Part shown: positions 6,720-18,912 of the stretch, piece by piece
Layout: each line of letters opens with the position of its first letter
Numbering within the stretch: position 1 is the first letter of the stretch
Origin: a virus
DNA: 64,000 nt
Virus record (IMG/VR): IMGVR_UViG_3300045988_015843
Direction: 5' to 3' (one strand)
Position numbers and translations under genes: made by a program
Notes under the pieces: model-generated
The model's database searches: none
What the model saw: only the letters and a program-made list of their open reading frames with translations
What the model was told of the DNA's origin: nothing

Positions 6720-8030
6720 ATGCAATATTTAGATCTATTAGGCCTTCAGCAACTTTGGACGTCTGCTAAGGCCAAGTTTGCTACAAAAGGTACTCTTGCA
6801 AATAGTGGTATTACAGACGGTTACTCAAGCATTGAGACCGGTACTGTTGTCCCTATTAGGAATCTTGATAATGGTATTCTCGCAGATATTATCACTGGAA
6901 GTGATAATCATAAACTTAAGACTCAGTATGTCACAGTTGACGCCACTGGTGGTCTTGCTACAACGAACTATGTTGACACCAAGGTTGGTGCTGTAAAGGT
7001 TCCCGCTTATACGCTCACCAAGTCTACATCTACTGATTATGCTGCCGTATATCACCTCCAGAAGGATGGTGCTAATGTTGGTGAAGCCATCAACATTCCG
7101 AAGGATATGGTTGTTGAGTCAGGTAAGGTTGTTTGGGGTTCTTATGTTGATGGTGTGTTCACTCCCGCAACGGATAAGAAGAATGCTACTCCGTATGTTG
7201 AGTTGACTCTGGCTAACAGTACAGCTAACAAGATTTATATCGCTGTTGCTGATCTTGTCAATGAGCATAAGGCTGGTACTGGTATTAGTATTACGAATAA
7301 CACTGATGGTACTCGTACGATTGAACTTGGAGCTGATGTTAATGCAAAGATCAACTAGAGTGTGATTGAATTCAGCGTACCTAAAGAGGGCAATAAATTG
7401 CTATGCCATAAAAACAACAACGACTCAGTGGCGATATTGGCGGGTGATGGAACAAATGTTATTATAGGTGAAAATTCGGATGGAATAGCTGAGCTCACTA
7501 TTAATGCGAATATTCTAAATGATGTCAATGCCGCAAAGTCTCAGTCAAGCACTAACAAGACCAATCTTGACGCACTAACTAAGCGTGTTGATGGTATTGT
7601 TGCAACGGGTGGTGAGGCCAACCAGGATGCTTATTCTAACATTAAGGTTGGTTCTACTACGCTTGCTGCTACAAGCAAGACTGATACTGTATAGTTTGCT
7701 GGTGCTGGTCTGATTTCTGTAACTGGTTCTACTGCAGACAAGAAGGTTACGATCGGCCACTCTAATCCGACTGGTGCCGCTGTTAAGGCAGCTGGTTTCT
7801 ATAAGTTTGCTACGGATGCTGCTGGTCACGCTACTGGTTTGACTGCTGTTGCTGCTAGCGATATTACGGCACTCATCGGTGCTCATGGCCTTACGCTGAG
7901 CAAGACGAATGCTGCGAACGATACTGCTGCTATCACGATTGGTAGCACTTCTTACACGGTTGGTCCGATTCCTCTTGGTGATGAGACTAATCCTGCTAAG
8001 GACACTGTTCGTTATATTCTGAATCATTAA
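6720..8030 (+). CDS. Tail-fibre-like structural protein (436 aa), 2 in-frame TAG (7356, 7692)
   Basis: Track ORFs 6720, 7362 and 7839 are all in frame 0. The gaps contain only TAG. The Gly/Thr/Ala-rich sequence with a FYKFATDAAGH motif is typical of fibre proteins. The N-terminus MQYLDLLGLQQLW parallels that of ORF 9039. Confidence 0.6.
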
Positions 8031-8033
8031 TAT

Positions 8034-8073
8034 TGGATTGGTACGGGGTTATCTCGTACCCAATCCATTTTTT
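8034..8073 (+). terminator. Rho-independent terminator
   Basis: Stem TGGATTGGTACG / CGTACCCAATCCA with one bulge, loop GGGTTATCT, followed by TTTTTT (8068-8073). Confidence 0.7.
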
Positions 8074-8085
8074 AACAACATACAT

Positions 8086-8508
8086 ATGCTATTTAAAGAT
8101 TTGAAACAAGGATGTTCTGTCTACATGTTTGACAGGAACAACATTGAGGTACACACTGTACAAGTTGTAACAGTCTCAACACCTCATATGGATAAGTACA
8201 ATAACCAATTTGATATGGTGGTTGATGTCGCAGTTTTAGATGCCGGTAAGACCCAAACGTATACGTTTAAAGATAGCAATGAAGTTGGGTATACCGGTCA
8301 ACTTATGATAACTCCTAACAAAGAGTGTGTTATAAAAGAACTCCAGTTACTTAAATCTCAATCGCAGACTATACTTGATAACATCGATCAACATAGAAAT
8401 AATGTTGAAAAGTGTAATGCACTTATTCAAGAGTTTGACCCTGCTATAAAAGCAAAGCAGGAAAACGATGCTCGATACGAAGAGCTAAAACAATCTTAGA
8501 GAGTTTGA
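8086..8508 (+). CDS. Hypothetical protein (140 aa), 1 in-frame TAG (8497)
   Basis: ATG 8086 lies downstream of the terminator. The ORF reads through TAG to TGA at 8506. Confidence 0.5.
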
Positions 8509-8541
8509 AACAAATGATTATTGATTCTAATAAACCTAACG

Positions 8542-9030
8542 ATGGAAACTCTTGATAAGATATTTAAAGATTATGGATACGATAAACAAACATCGGTAAT
8601 TCATAAAGCGATCACAAACATATCTGAATATTTACAGAAGGTTTTGGATAAAGACCAGTATTGTAAAGTGATCAAAGATACATATTGTACGTTTGTTGGT
8701 GGACATTACAATGAACCGTTTGCTGATGATCAGGTATCTAAGATGTATTACGAAAAAGATGGGTCTAAATACACAGGACCATTTTTGAACAAGAATCTCG
8801 TACTAAATAAGTATAAAGAGATACGTGGCGTAATACCTGATTATAATGAGTGGGATTATTATGTAACTGTACAGATGATATATTCAGATAACTATAATCT
8901 CATACATGAGTGGTTTCCGAACATATCAGAAGATGAGTTCAATCAAAAGATTTATCAACTTGCTACCAACTGGTTGAACGATAAGGATAACCCGTTTGGT
9001 AATAGTAAAACATGGTGTTATTTTAACTAA
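8542..9030 (+). CDS. Hypothetical protein (162 aa)
   Basis: Track ORF 8521..9030 trimmed to the first ATG. No TAG. Confidence 0.5.
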   Translation: METLDKIFKDYGYDKQTSVIHKAITNISEYLQKVLDKDQYCKVIKDTYCTFVGGHYNEPFADDQVSKMYYEKDGSKYTGPFLNKNLVLNKYKEIRGVIPDYNEWDYYVTVQMIYSDNYNLIHEWFPNISEDEFNQKIYQLATNWLNDKDNPFGNSKTWCYFN

Positions 9031-9038
9031 TATAAATA

Positions 9039-10592
9039 ATGAAATTTTTAGATCAATCAGGTTTAGTAATTGTTCAATCTTGGATCAACAATAGCTTTGC
9101 AAAAGTTGATCAAGCGTTCGGTACTATAAGTTATGCAGGAAACATATCCGGTATAACTGTTAGTCAAGTCAGTACAACAACAAACGGTAGTCCTTCAACT
9201 GTTTATTACGACACAACTGGTGGACAATTTGTATTGAAAGCTGGTAACAACGTATATTACAACAACTGGCCGAACAAATATGTATGGGTTGTTCCTGGCA
9301 TTAATGAGCCTTGGGGTTGTGTAATCTATAAAGATCTGAGCTTAAATAAGCTATATAAATATCTTCCCGAGGAAGGTAGTATGACAGCGTGTGACGTAAC
9401 AGATTATCCTGCAATGCGTCTTCGTGATCTGCTTGCTGATATTGAGATGTATATTGCTCAGAAAAGTATATATGCTCCGTCACAGCATACTCACTCTATT
9501 GCAAATGTTACTGGACTTCAGGCCAAGCTTGACACTATAAACAAGGGTTTGACCGTACTTGGACTTGATCAATGGGGTGCTGTTAAAGTAGATGGTGTTC
9601 TGACCAATTCTATTAATGCTGCACAAGGTGGTGTTGGAAATCCGACCGATATATATATTGCACAGTCTATCTCAAGTCCGTCTGGTACGATATCTGGAAT
9701 TGTTGGTAGGATTGGATCTGCATATTATACGACATGGAGTGGTACTAATGTACCAACCAATTTGTATATGAAGACAAATGGTAGTCCTTATTACAGCAAG
9801 TATTATTATACTATGGGTTCTAATGGTCTGCCAAACGCGGTATACAGATGGAACGGTCAGAAGTTTACGATCGATGAGGATTATTCAGATCATTCGATTT
9901 CTGATGGATTCGGCAAAGACCTTGAGGATGCAATACAGCCGGCATTGGATTATATTGATACAGTATCTGCTGAGTCGGTATCCAGAACAGATGCTGTTAC
10001 TCATAGTGCTATTAGCAGTACATCTAGCACAGTAAGATTAGCTTATGTACTTTCGTCAGCAAGTACACATGGTAATATTAAGAATGCTAGTGCTTCAGAG
10101 CTCGGCCTTGTCAATGGTGTAAGTTCATCAGGTACAGGTAATGTTGTAACAAGTATGTCAAAAGCTGCTAACTCAAGTAGTATTACATGGGAACGTAATT
10201 GGGTTGAGCCGTGGACAGCTAATGCTTATCATAAACAGGCATCTGCAACAGCTCGTATTTCAGCTACTGAAGGTGAGTTCTCGGTCCTTGACTTCAGATC
10301 AGGTTCAGGCATGTATCTTGGTTTTGCATCTCCGTATAGTTTGACTAACGGCATGAACCATCATTGGAGAGGTTTGATTATGAAGAAAGCTAATCAGCCT
10401 ATTAATATTGCAAAGCCTTCAATGCTCAAAACAGATTCTGTAATCCTGTGTAACCTTCCACAAACTCAGATTGTTAGTGGTACGAATTTCTATTTTGACG
10501 CATATACTACGACAAATACATCATCACTATCACATGATACTTTGGTACTAATACTGTATCCGGTTACAAACGTATTAGAGTTTTCAGCTTAA
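9039..10592 (+). CDS. Tail fibre / receptor-binding-like protein (517 aa), TAG-free
   Basis: Intact ORF. The N-terminus MKFLDQSGLVIVQSW parallels ORF 6720. Ser/Thr/Gly-rich. Confidence 0.5.
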   Translation: MKFLDQSGLVIVQSWINNSFAKVDQAFGTISYAGNISGITVSQVSTTTNGSPSTVYYDTTGGQFVLKAGNNVYYNNWPNKYVWVVPGINEPWGCVIYKDLSLNKLYKYLPEEGSMTACDVTDYPAMRLRDLLADIEMYIAQKSIYAPSQHTHSIANVTGLQAKLDTINKGLTVLGLDQWGAVKVDGVLTNSINAAQGGVGNPTDIYIAQSISSPSGTISGIVGRIGSAYYTTWSGTNVPTNLYMKTNGSPYYSKYYYTMGSNGLPNAVYRWNGQKFTIDEDYSDHSISDGFGKDLEDAIQPALDYIDTVSAESVSRTDAVTHSAISSTSSTVRLAYVLSSASTHGNIKNASASELGLVNGVSSSGTGNVVTSMSKAANSSSITWERNWVEPWTANAYHKQASATARISATEGEFSVLDFRSGSGMYLGFASPYSLTNGMNHHWRGLIMKKANQPINIAKPSMLKTDSVILCNLPQTQIVSGTNFYFDAYTTTNTSSLSHDTLVLILYPVTNVLEFSA

Positions 10593-10605
10593 TCAATAAC
10601 CAGCC

Positions 10606-11847
10606 ATGATAAACAATAAACTATTATATTATAAAACAAAGGATGGTTATGTTAAAGATGCGTCAAACATCTCTTCTGAATCAATAGTTTTCATCGAAGA
10701 TGATGGTACAATACGCACACATAACAAAACATTCGGACAGCCGTTGACGGCTGACGAGGACAACCTTACTGTGAAAAACAATGTGATTACAGTTAAGAAT
10801 CGTATATCGGATCATGGTCGTGGCTATGTTGTTCTCAAGAAAGACGATGATTTTGTATCATCTGTTGTAGACCAAAATACAACGTATGTTATCAAATATG
10901 ATTATGTACTAAATGAAGGTCTTAATCTACCTAAGGATGTAACCCTTAAGTTTGAAGGTGGCTCTCTTACAGGTGGTAGTATCGTTGGTCATGGAGCGTA
11001 TATAGACGCTCCAACTGATCATCAGATATTTAATAATGTACTTGTTGGAGGAAGCTTCTACAATCGTTACTTACCTATCGAATGGTTCGGGCTCCAGAGA
11101 GGTACAATAGTGGGTGTAAACTCATTTAATCTAAAAGGTACTAAATCTGTAGACAATCTTCCTCAAGATCCTGAAGAGTATGATGCATATGCCGTAGGTC
11201 ATGATGTATACGTATATTATAAGGACAGAGGTTGGATTAAGCATGAGAATATTATATCAAGCAAAGCTCTTGATATACAAGCATCACAACCTTCTGAGAG
11301 CATATCTATAACTAGTACGAGTATTGATTACGCTGTATCAGAAGATGGTCAGAATGCTCCAGCAACTGGATGGGCTAAAGAAATACCTACTATAACAATA
11401 ACACATCGATATGTATGGACTCGTACGATTGTGAATTATTCTGATGGTACGAATACAACATCTTATTCTGTAGCATACTCTGGTAAAGATGGTAAGAACG
11501 CTTCTGCACTCACTATAAAGGGTCGTGCTGGTAACCATTTTGCAACAGTAGATGATTTAAAGGCTAGCAATCCTCCTCAGATTTCAGGAACTGTTATATA
11601 TCTAGTCGATAAACCTTCTGCACACATTACAATAGTAAAGGATGGAAATGTATTAGCTGGTACTGATGAGCAGGTTAATGATGGTGATGCATACATTATA
11701 GCAACAGCTGATAATTCTGGTTCAACAAATGATGTTGTTTGGATTGCTACAACAAATGGTTGGATTGAGTACCACGGAGGTATCGGATCTGATTCTGAAG
11801 TAGATGTTATAACAGATAAAGACCTGTCTGATATGGGTATTAAATGA
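10606..11847 (+). CDS. Tail-associated structural protein (413 aa), TAG-free
   Basis: Intact ORF adjacent to the fibre genes. Function not recognised. Confidence 0.4.
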   Translation: MINNKLLYYKTKDGYVKDASNISSESIVFIEDDGTIRTHNKTFGQPLTADEDNLTVKNNVITVKNRISDHGRGYVVLKKDDDFVSSVVDQNTTYVIKYDYVLNEGLNLPKDVTLKFEGGSLTGGSIVGHGAYIDAPTDHQIFNNVLVGGSFYNRYLPIEWFGLQRGTIVGVNSFNLKGTKSVDNLPQDPEEYDAYAVGHDVYVYYKDRGWIKHENIISSKALDIQASQPSESISITSTSIDYAVSEDGQNAPATGWAKEIPTITITHRYVWTRTIVNYSDGTNTTSYSVAYSGKDGKNASALTIKGRAGNHFATVDDLKASNPPQISGTVIYLVDKPSAHITIVKDGNVLAGTDEQVNDGDAYIIATADNSGSTNDVVWIATTNGWIEYHGGIGSDSEVDVITDKDLSDMGIK

Positions 11848-11848
11848 T

Positions 11849-12364
11849 ATGTTTGACATACAAGGAAATAAAATAAAACTAAGTACTGAGGATTTAGCAA
11901 TACCCCCATTTAAAGATTACTACAACAATGCTGAAGATAAGACGTATGCATTAAAGGCTATTGAATACGTCATATGGAATAAGAAATGGAATAGTCCATA
12001 TAATGCATATCCAGAAAAAGATAGAGCGTCTAAGATAGCTTATGATGTGTTTGGAGATGCTAATTATATTCCAGATGATACAGTTAAAGATTTGATGCAG
12101 CGATTTACAGAATTTCAAGAAACTCCTGGAACAAGATTGCTAACAGCATCTAGATCTGCTGCAGAAGGACTTATTGAAGCATTGAGTAGTTATTCTGAAG
12201 ATGGTATGGATATTGACACAGCTATCAAAGTTACTCGTATCCTCAAGGATGTTGGTAATATAGTCAAGTCTCTTGATATAGCTGAAAAACAAACTAAAGC
12301 TGAACAATAGGAGACTGGTAGAATTAAAGGCGGTGGTACACTCAGCGCTTTTGAAATTGCTTAA
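11849..12364 (+). CDS. Hypothetical protein immediately upstream of terminase (171 aa; possible small terminase by position only), 1 in-frame TAG (12308)
   Basis: Track ORF 11849..12310 continues through TAG to TAA at 12362. Confidence 0.45.
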
Positions 12365-12366
12365 AC

Positions 12367-14433
12367 ATGATTGATTTTAATAAGAAAATAGTTAACTCAG
12401 ATAAGTTTAGACAAGCTGCTTTATTCTTCGAAAAGAACGGATGTTATACGTTTGCTCCAGAAGGTACGACAGACTACTTCAATTATTGGAAACAAGAACA
12501 ACAAAGATGTTTAAATGGATACACAGCTCCTGATGGAGATTAGATAACTGGGTATCATTACTTTTATCTCAACTATAGTCCTATTATGAAGCTTGTTGAA
12601 ACAGAATACACAGATCGTAATGGAACTAAGAGAACTAGACGAGAGCGTTTGTTTAGATTTCCTGATTTTTGGGATTACGATTGGTTCTATTATAATGCTA
12701 TAGAACAGGCTGAAGATGAAGGTAAACATATGGTTGTACTTAAAGCTCGTGCTCGTGGATACTCATTCAAAGGTGCGTCTATGTTATGTAGAAACTATTT
12801 TCTTATTCCAAAATCAAAGAATTTTGCTGTTGCATCGGAACAAAAGTTTCTAACAGGTGATGGTTTGTTAACAAAAGCTTGGCAAATCATGGACTTCTTA
12901 GATAAGCACTCTGGATGGGCTAAACGAAGATTGAGAGCAACTTCTTTAGAACGTACATCTGGATTTAAGGTTAAAGATGAGATAACAGGTAAAGAGGTTG
13001 AAGATGGTTATCTATCTAGCGTAACAGGTATAACACTTAAGAATGATCCAGAACGTATTCGTGGTACTCGTGGTAGATTGTTCTTATGGGAGGAGTCTGG
13101 TAAATTTCCAGACATTAAACAAGCTTGGCAAATAGCAAGACCTTCTGTAGAAACAGATGACGGTGTTGCGTTCGGATTGATGATTGCATTTGGTACTGGC
13201 GGATCTGAGGGTGCAAACTTTGAAGGTTTGTCAGATATGTTTTATCATCCAGAAGGCTTTAATTGTTTAGACTTCGATAATATTTGGGATGAGGGTATGG
13301 CTGATAAGAAGTGTGGATTCTTTGTTCCAGCATGGTCTAATCTGCAATCAGATGAACATCCTGAATGTATGGATTCTGATGGTAATACGAATAGATCTGC
13401 ATCTGTATAGGTAATATTAGAACAAAGAAGAATCGTAAGAGATAGTCAGCCTGATGAAACTGTAACAGATAGATATATTGCAGAGCACCCCAACACACCT
13501 TAGGAAGCAATTCTTGAGGTTGGTAAAAACATATTTCCAAAAAAGCAATTACAAATGCAGCTTAACAAACTAAGGACGAACACGAAATTAGCTAATATGA
13601 AACATGTTGTTGACTTGGTTTGGGAAGGGGATGGTACTGTAAAAGCCATTGAAAAGAAGGGTGGTGATATAACACACTACCCACTAAAGAAAGGAGAGTA
13701 GCCAACAGGATCTGTTGTTATATACGAATATCCTGTTAAAGATCCTCCTTACGGATTATACATAGCTGGTCAGGACCCTTATGATCAAGATGGTTCTCTT
13801 ACAAATTCATTAGGATCTACGTTTATATATAAACGATTCTAGCCAGGAGAAGCTTGGTCAGATGTGATAGTTGCTGAATATAGTGGAAGACCTGATACAG
13901 CTGAAGAATATTATGAGAATGTTCGTAAGCTATTGACTATGTATAATGCGAAATTATTGTTCGAGAATGAACGTAAAGGTATATACCCGTACTTTACAAA
14001 TAAGCATTGTGATTATATGCTAGCAGACCAACCAGATAAGGTTATAAGTGAAATATTCAAAGACTCTAAAGTACAACGTAAGAAAGGTTGTCATATGACA
14101 AAACAAATTAGATCATATGCAGAGGGTCTTATAAAAGAATGGTTACTTGAAGAATATGAACCGGGTCATCCAAATCTCGAACGTATATATAGTGAGCCAT
14201 TGATAGAAGAGTTGTTGTTAGATGATGGTGTACGAAATGTAGACCGTGTAATAGCTCTATGTATGGTCATGCTATATAGAGAAGAATTATATCAAGTAAA
14301 GATTGCAGCAGCAAAAGAGTAGAATAAACAAATAGATTTCTTTGAAACGCCATTGTTTAGTAACCAATGGTTTGACGAAGATAGTTCGTACGATAATTAG
14401 TACGACAATAACATTCCGACATTTACGTTTTAA
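12367..14433 (+). CDS. terL: Terminase large subunit (688 aa), 7 in-frame TAG
   Basis: Frame 1 is open from ATG 12367 to TAA 14431. TAG occurs at 12541, 13408, 13501, 13699, 13840, 14323 and 14398. Motifs: ARARGYSFKG, LFLWEESGKF, GTGGSEG, HPNTP(Q)EA, AGQDPYDQDGS. Confidence 0.9.
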
Positions 14434-14435
14434 CA

Positions 14436-17400
14436 ATGATAAGAGTAGAAGATAATTTATATAATGCGAACTTTCCGCAACAGAAACTACCTCTAAAGAA
14501 AAAAGATGAGTAGTGGTAGCATGACTGCGTGAATTACATTATCGGAGAAGGTAATGTTGTATCTGGCGGAATGTAGAAGACTCGGTTTAGCGAACTTCAA
14601 ACATATTACGATCTATATAATAGTATCTTTGATGAAAAGGACTTTAAACGTATAACCAACCCGTTTAAAGTATCAGACGGATTTCCTGCTACACCACAAG
14701 ACTTCAACATAATTAGGCCTAAGGTAGACCTCCTTATAGGTGAAGAGACAAAGAGGCCGTTTAATTTCAGAGTTGTACGTACATCACAGGAGGCAACATC
14801 TGACTTAATGGATTAGGAGAAAGAAATGCTAATCCAATATATGATGAGTGCTATTATGGGCAGAATGAGTCCTGAAGAGCAACAATAGTTCCAACAACAA
14901 CTTTAGAGTGGTGAGATAATGCCGCCTGAAGAGATTGGAAAGTATATGCGTAGGGATTACAAAGATGTTATAGAAAACACAGCCTATCATTCTCTGATGT
15001 ATATACGCGAGAAGTGTGGTATAGATAACGAGTTTATCAAAGGTTGGAAAGACGGTTTGATAGCGGGACAAGAGGTATACTATGTTGGTGTACAAAATGG
15101 AGATCCTTACATGGAACGTGTGAATCCTGTATATTTTTCATTCGATCAGTCACCAGACCTTGAGTTTATAGAAGATGCGTCATGGTGTTGTAGAAAAATG
15201 AGACTCCCTGTAGCTGAAGTATACGACAGATATCATGATAAGTTGTCTGAGAAAGATTTAGACAAATTAAACGAGATGTTAACAGGTCGTCCATCAAATG
15301 ATCTTGGAGAAAAAGACCCTGTTGATAATTTCAATCATATACAAATGCATATATACGATAATCCTGTTTTTGATCAGAAGACAAGACATAACATTAATGT
15401 ATGGCATTGTTGTTGGAAATCGTTTAAGAAGATTAAGTATGTTACGTTTCAAGATGAAAACGGAGATGCTTAGATTGAAATCGTAGACGAATTCTATAAA
15501 CCTGTTGGAACAGAGATAGGTATTGATGAGGATTGGATTGTTGAAGTATGGGAAGGATATAGAGCCGGATCAGATTTGTATTTTGGTATACAACCGGTTG
15601 CTTATCAACATATAAGCATTGATCAACCAGATAGTCAGAAGTTACCTTATTGTGGTGCTATATATAGTAACACTAACAGTAAGCCAAGATCCCTTGTAAG
15701 CATCCTCAAGCCTTTGCAGTATATGTACATTGTATTGTGGTATAGACTTGAATTAGCAATAGCTAGGGATAAAGGTAAGGTTATCAATATGGATATTACG
15801 TAGATACCTAAATCTATGAATATTACACCAGATCGATGGATGCATTATTTATCAAGCGTTGGTGTAAACTTCATAAATCCTTATGAGTGCTTTGATCCAG
15901 ATACAGAGGTGTTGATGTACGACAGATCTGTTCGTAAGATTAAAGATATTCATATTGGTGATAAGGTACTTGGTCCAGATGGAACTCCACGTACTGTATT
16001 GGATGAGTGTGAGGGTATCGACAAGATGTATAGAATACACAGTGGCACAGGATGTGATGATTAGATTGTAAACAGTAGACATAAAATTTATTATACTGAA
16101 TATAATCACTTTAAAAAAACATACACTGACAAGTTGGCAACTCCATTGGAGTTGATGAAAGAGGATCTACATAAGTCGTATATAAAACAAAATCGATATT
16201 TGAAACGAGTACATCCTACTGACAATAATGTTTCTTCAAATTTACTATTAGATCCGTATTATCTTGGATTATGGTTGGGCGATGGTTTTACAAACAGTCC
16301 TGCAATAATAAACGAAGATATAGAGGTGATTAAGTGGTTGTCAGAATATGCCGAGTCTAATGGTATGACAACAACAATCCTTTCTGATAAAAACGTTCCT
16401 GTTATATATCTTAAAAATAAGGTGTATAATCATAAGAACCCAATAAAAGACACACTTCAATATTATGGAATCTTAAATCAAAAAGATATCCCAGATGATT
16501 ACCTACATGGTAGTGTTGAAGATAAACTACAGTTAATGGCAGGTCTTATTGATACTGATGGGCATTTTTCAAAGCGTGATCGCATTTATACATTTAGCCA
16601 ATGTGAATCTAGAAAACATATTGTAGACAAACTTGCTTTTATAGCAAGATCTTTAGGATTTAAATGTAGTCTACACATGTACAAAACCGCTGGTACAAAA
16701 CACATATGTGGTAATAAGAGCACATGTCAAAATACATACACGTTACGAATAATTGATGGATTGTACGATATTCCATGTAAAATTGCTCGTAAGAAACATC
16801 ATTGGGTTCAAAAGCGTACAAAACGAAGTTTGACAAATTTCAAGGTTTCGTACAGCCATATTGGAAAATACAAAGGTATCACTACAGATGGAGATCACTT
16901 CTTTGTGTTAAAAGACTTTACAGTAGTACATAACTGTCAATGGGGTATTCCTGGCAGAGAGGGTGGTAAACCAGCTACGTTTAATCAAATAACATCACTT
17001 GATCTTACGATGAGTAATGTTATTGCGGAGTATATTCAACTCATGGATAAGATTGAACAATTAGCTGGAACAATCACTGGTATCACAGAGCAACGTCAAG
17101 GAGCTATTAGCACATCAGAACTTGTTGGAAACGTAGAACGATCTGTATTACAATCATCTCATATCACAGAACCCTTGTTCTGGGTACACAACCAATGTAA
17201 GAAGCACGTGTTAACAATGCTTCTTAATACAGCAAAAGGTGTCTGGGAAGAGTCTGGTAAGAAAAAGCTTCAATACGTATTTGATAATGGAGAAAGAGCA
17301 TTCTTAGCAATAACAAAACAATTCTATTATGAAGATATGGATGTATTCGTTAGTGACACATCTAAGGATGCTGAGAACATAGCAAAACTTCAACAGCTTA

Positions 17401-17969
17401 TTCAACCTGCAATGCAAAATGGAGCAAGCTTGTTAGAAGCAGCAGAGGTTCTTACGAATGATAACTTTAACATTATCAAACAGAAGCTTAAAGATATGCA
17501 AGATCGTCAAGATCAACTTTAGCAGCAGCAACAAGAGGCTCAGCAGCAACAAGCAATGCAACTTCAGCAGATGCAGAATGAGGCTAAAGAGCAAGAACTC
17601 ATGCTTAAGGAAGCTGAAATGGATCTTCAGAGGTATAAGATTGATGCTGATAATCAAACCAAGATTGCTGTGGCTGAAATTAGCACATATAGAGGTACTG
17701 AGGATAAGGATATCAATATGAATGGTATTCCAGATCCGATGGAGATAGCTAAGGATGCTACACAGCAACGTAAGATAGATTCAGAAGCATATACTAAGCG
17801 TTATGAAGCTCGTCAGAAAAAGGAGATTGAAGATAAGAAGATCAGTCTTGCTAAAGAACAGATGAAACATGAAAGTGAACTTTAGAAGTAGAAAGACGAC
17901 GCTGCTATGTAGAGAGAAGAGCTTAAGGCTAAGACCGCATTGAAAAACAAAGTAGCTGGTGAACGATGA
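14436..17969 (+). CDS. Portal protein precursor (1177 aa including a 349-aa intein), about 14 in-frame TAG
   Basis: Frame 0 is open from ATG 14436 to TGA 17967. Track ORFs 14919, 15576, 15816, 16134 and 17556 are all in frame. The portal-like motif FNIIRPKVDLLIGEE is present. It lies directly downstream of terL. Confidence 0.8.
15888..16934 (+). mobile_element. Class 1 intein with a LAGLIDADG homing endonuclease, inserted in the portal gene
   Basis: The N-terminal block is CFDPDTEVLM after NPYE. The two dodecapeptide motifs are YYLGLWLGDGF and LMAGLIDTDGHF. The C-terminal block FTVVHN is followed by the +1 Cys (CQWGIPG). The length is 1047 nt, exactly 349 codons. It contains one in-frame TAG (16062). 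Confidence 0.85.
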
Positions 17970-18169
17970 ATAAGGATTATATAAAACCTTCTGAACTTCT
18001 ACAAAGACAACGACAAACAGGTGAGTCTTATTGGGACATGGTTGGAAAACCGTTGACTAATAAGACTCAGTCTGATCGTCAGTTAGATTCAGAGCTTGCT
18101 AAGATAGAATATCTAGCTAACAAGTGGAAGGAAGAAGCTGAAGCAGATTTGTAGGACTATGATTATTAA
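17966..18169 (+). CDS. Small hypothetical protein (67 aa), 1 in-frame TAG
   Basis: ATGA overlap with the portal stop. It reads through TAG 18152 to TAA 18167. Confidence 0.4.
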
Positions 18170-18872
18170 TTACTTACCAGAATATAGAAAAGGCAAATCT
18201 AAAGTAAACCAAACATCTAAATAGTTTGTTGATAAAATGGGACCTCTGGTTTATGACAAGATGCATCAAATGGGTATCTACTCAGATAGAACGTTTGATT
18301 ATCTCATGCGTCAATTAGCATTTGAGTCAGCAAACGGAACATCGAATGTTGCGAGAAAATATAACAACTACGGTGGTGTTCGTGTACCAGGAAAGACACA
18401 ATATCAATCATATAAAAACGATTAGGCATTTGTTGATTACTGGCTCCCTATGATGAATCGTAAATATGCAAAAGCATTGAAGGCTCGTAATATTGATGAG
18501 TATGGCGCAGCATTGAAGAGTCTTGGTTATTATGAAGCTCCTGTGTTACAATATACATCAGGTTTAAAGAGTTCTACAAGCGTTGGATCTGCTGCTGCAG
18601 CTTATGCTACAAGTAGAAACAAGGCTAATAAACCAATGCCTATGCAGACATAGCCTGTATTAAAACCTGTAATAAATCTAATGCCTGATTATATGAAAAA
18701 TCAGACGCCTATTTGGCAACCAACATCTGATATTCAAGATGTCCCTGTACAGCAGGAACCTACACAACAGACATTATAGTTTACTTTACCTCCAATAGAG
18801 AATCTATATGCAAAATTGGTTAACGATCAGCCATGGATTCCTGGAGAAGTTCCAATGAATGGATTATTATAA
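18159..18872 (+). CDS. Glucosaminidase (FlgJ/LytD-like) peptidoglycan hydrolase located in the head gene block (237 aa), 4 in-frame TAG
   Basis: Frame 0 runs from ATG 18159 to TAA 18870. The motif QLAFESANGTSNVARKYNNYGGVR ... SLGYYEAP matches the E-S-G..S..A..NN.FGIK ... GYATDP pattern of the glucosaminidase domain. Confidence 0.65.
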
Positions 18873-18912
18873 ACAGTTATATTGAACTGAAATCAATAAC
18901 ATAAATATATTT

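Noticed and set aside
6720-11847. A diversity-generating retroelement targeting the fibre genes
   Set aside because: There is no reverse-transcriptase ORF in the window, and I did not notice any template/variable repeat pair when reading the fibre genes.
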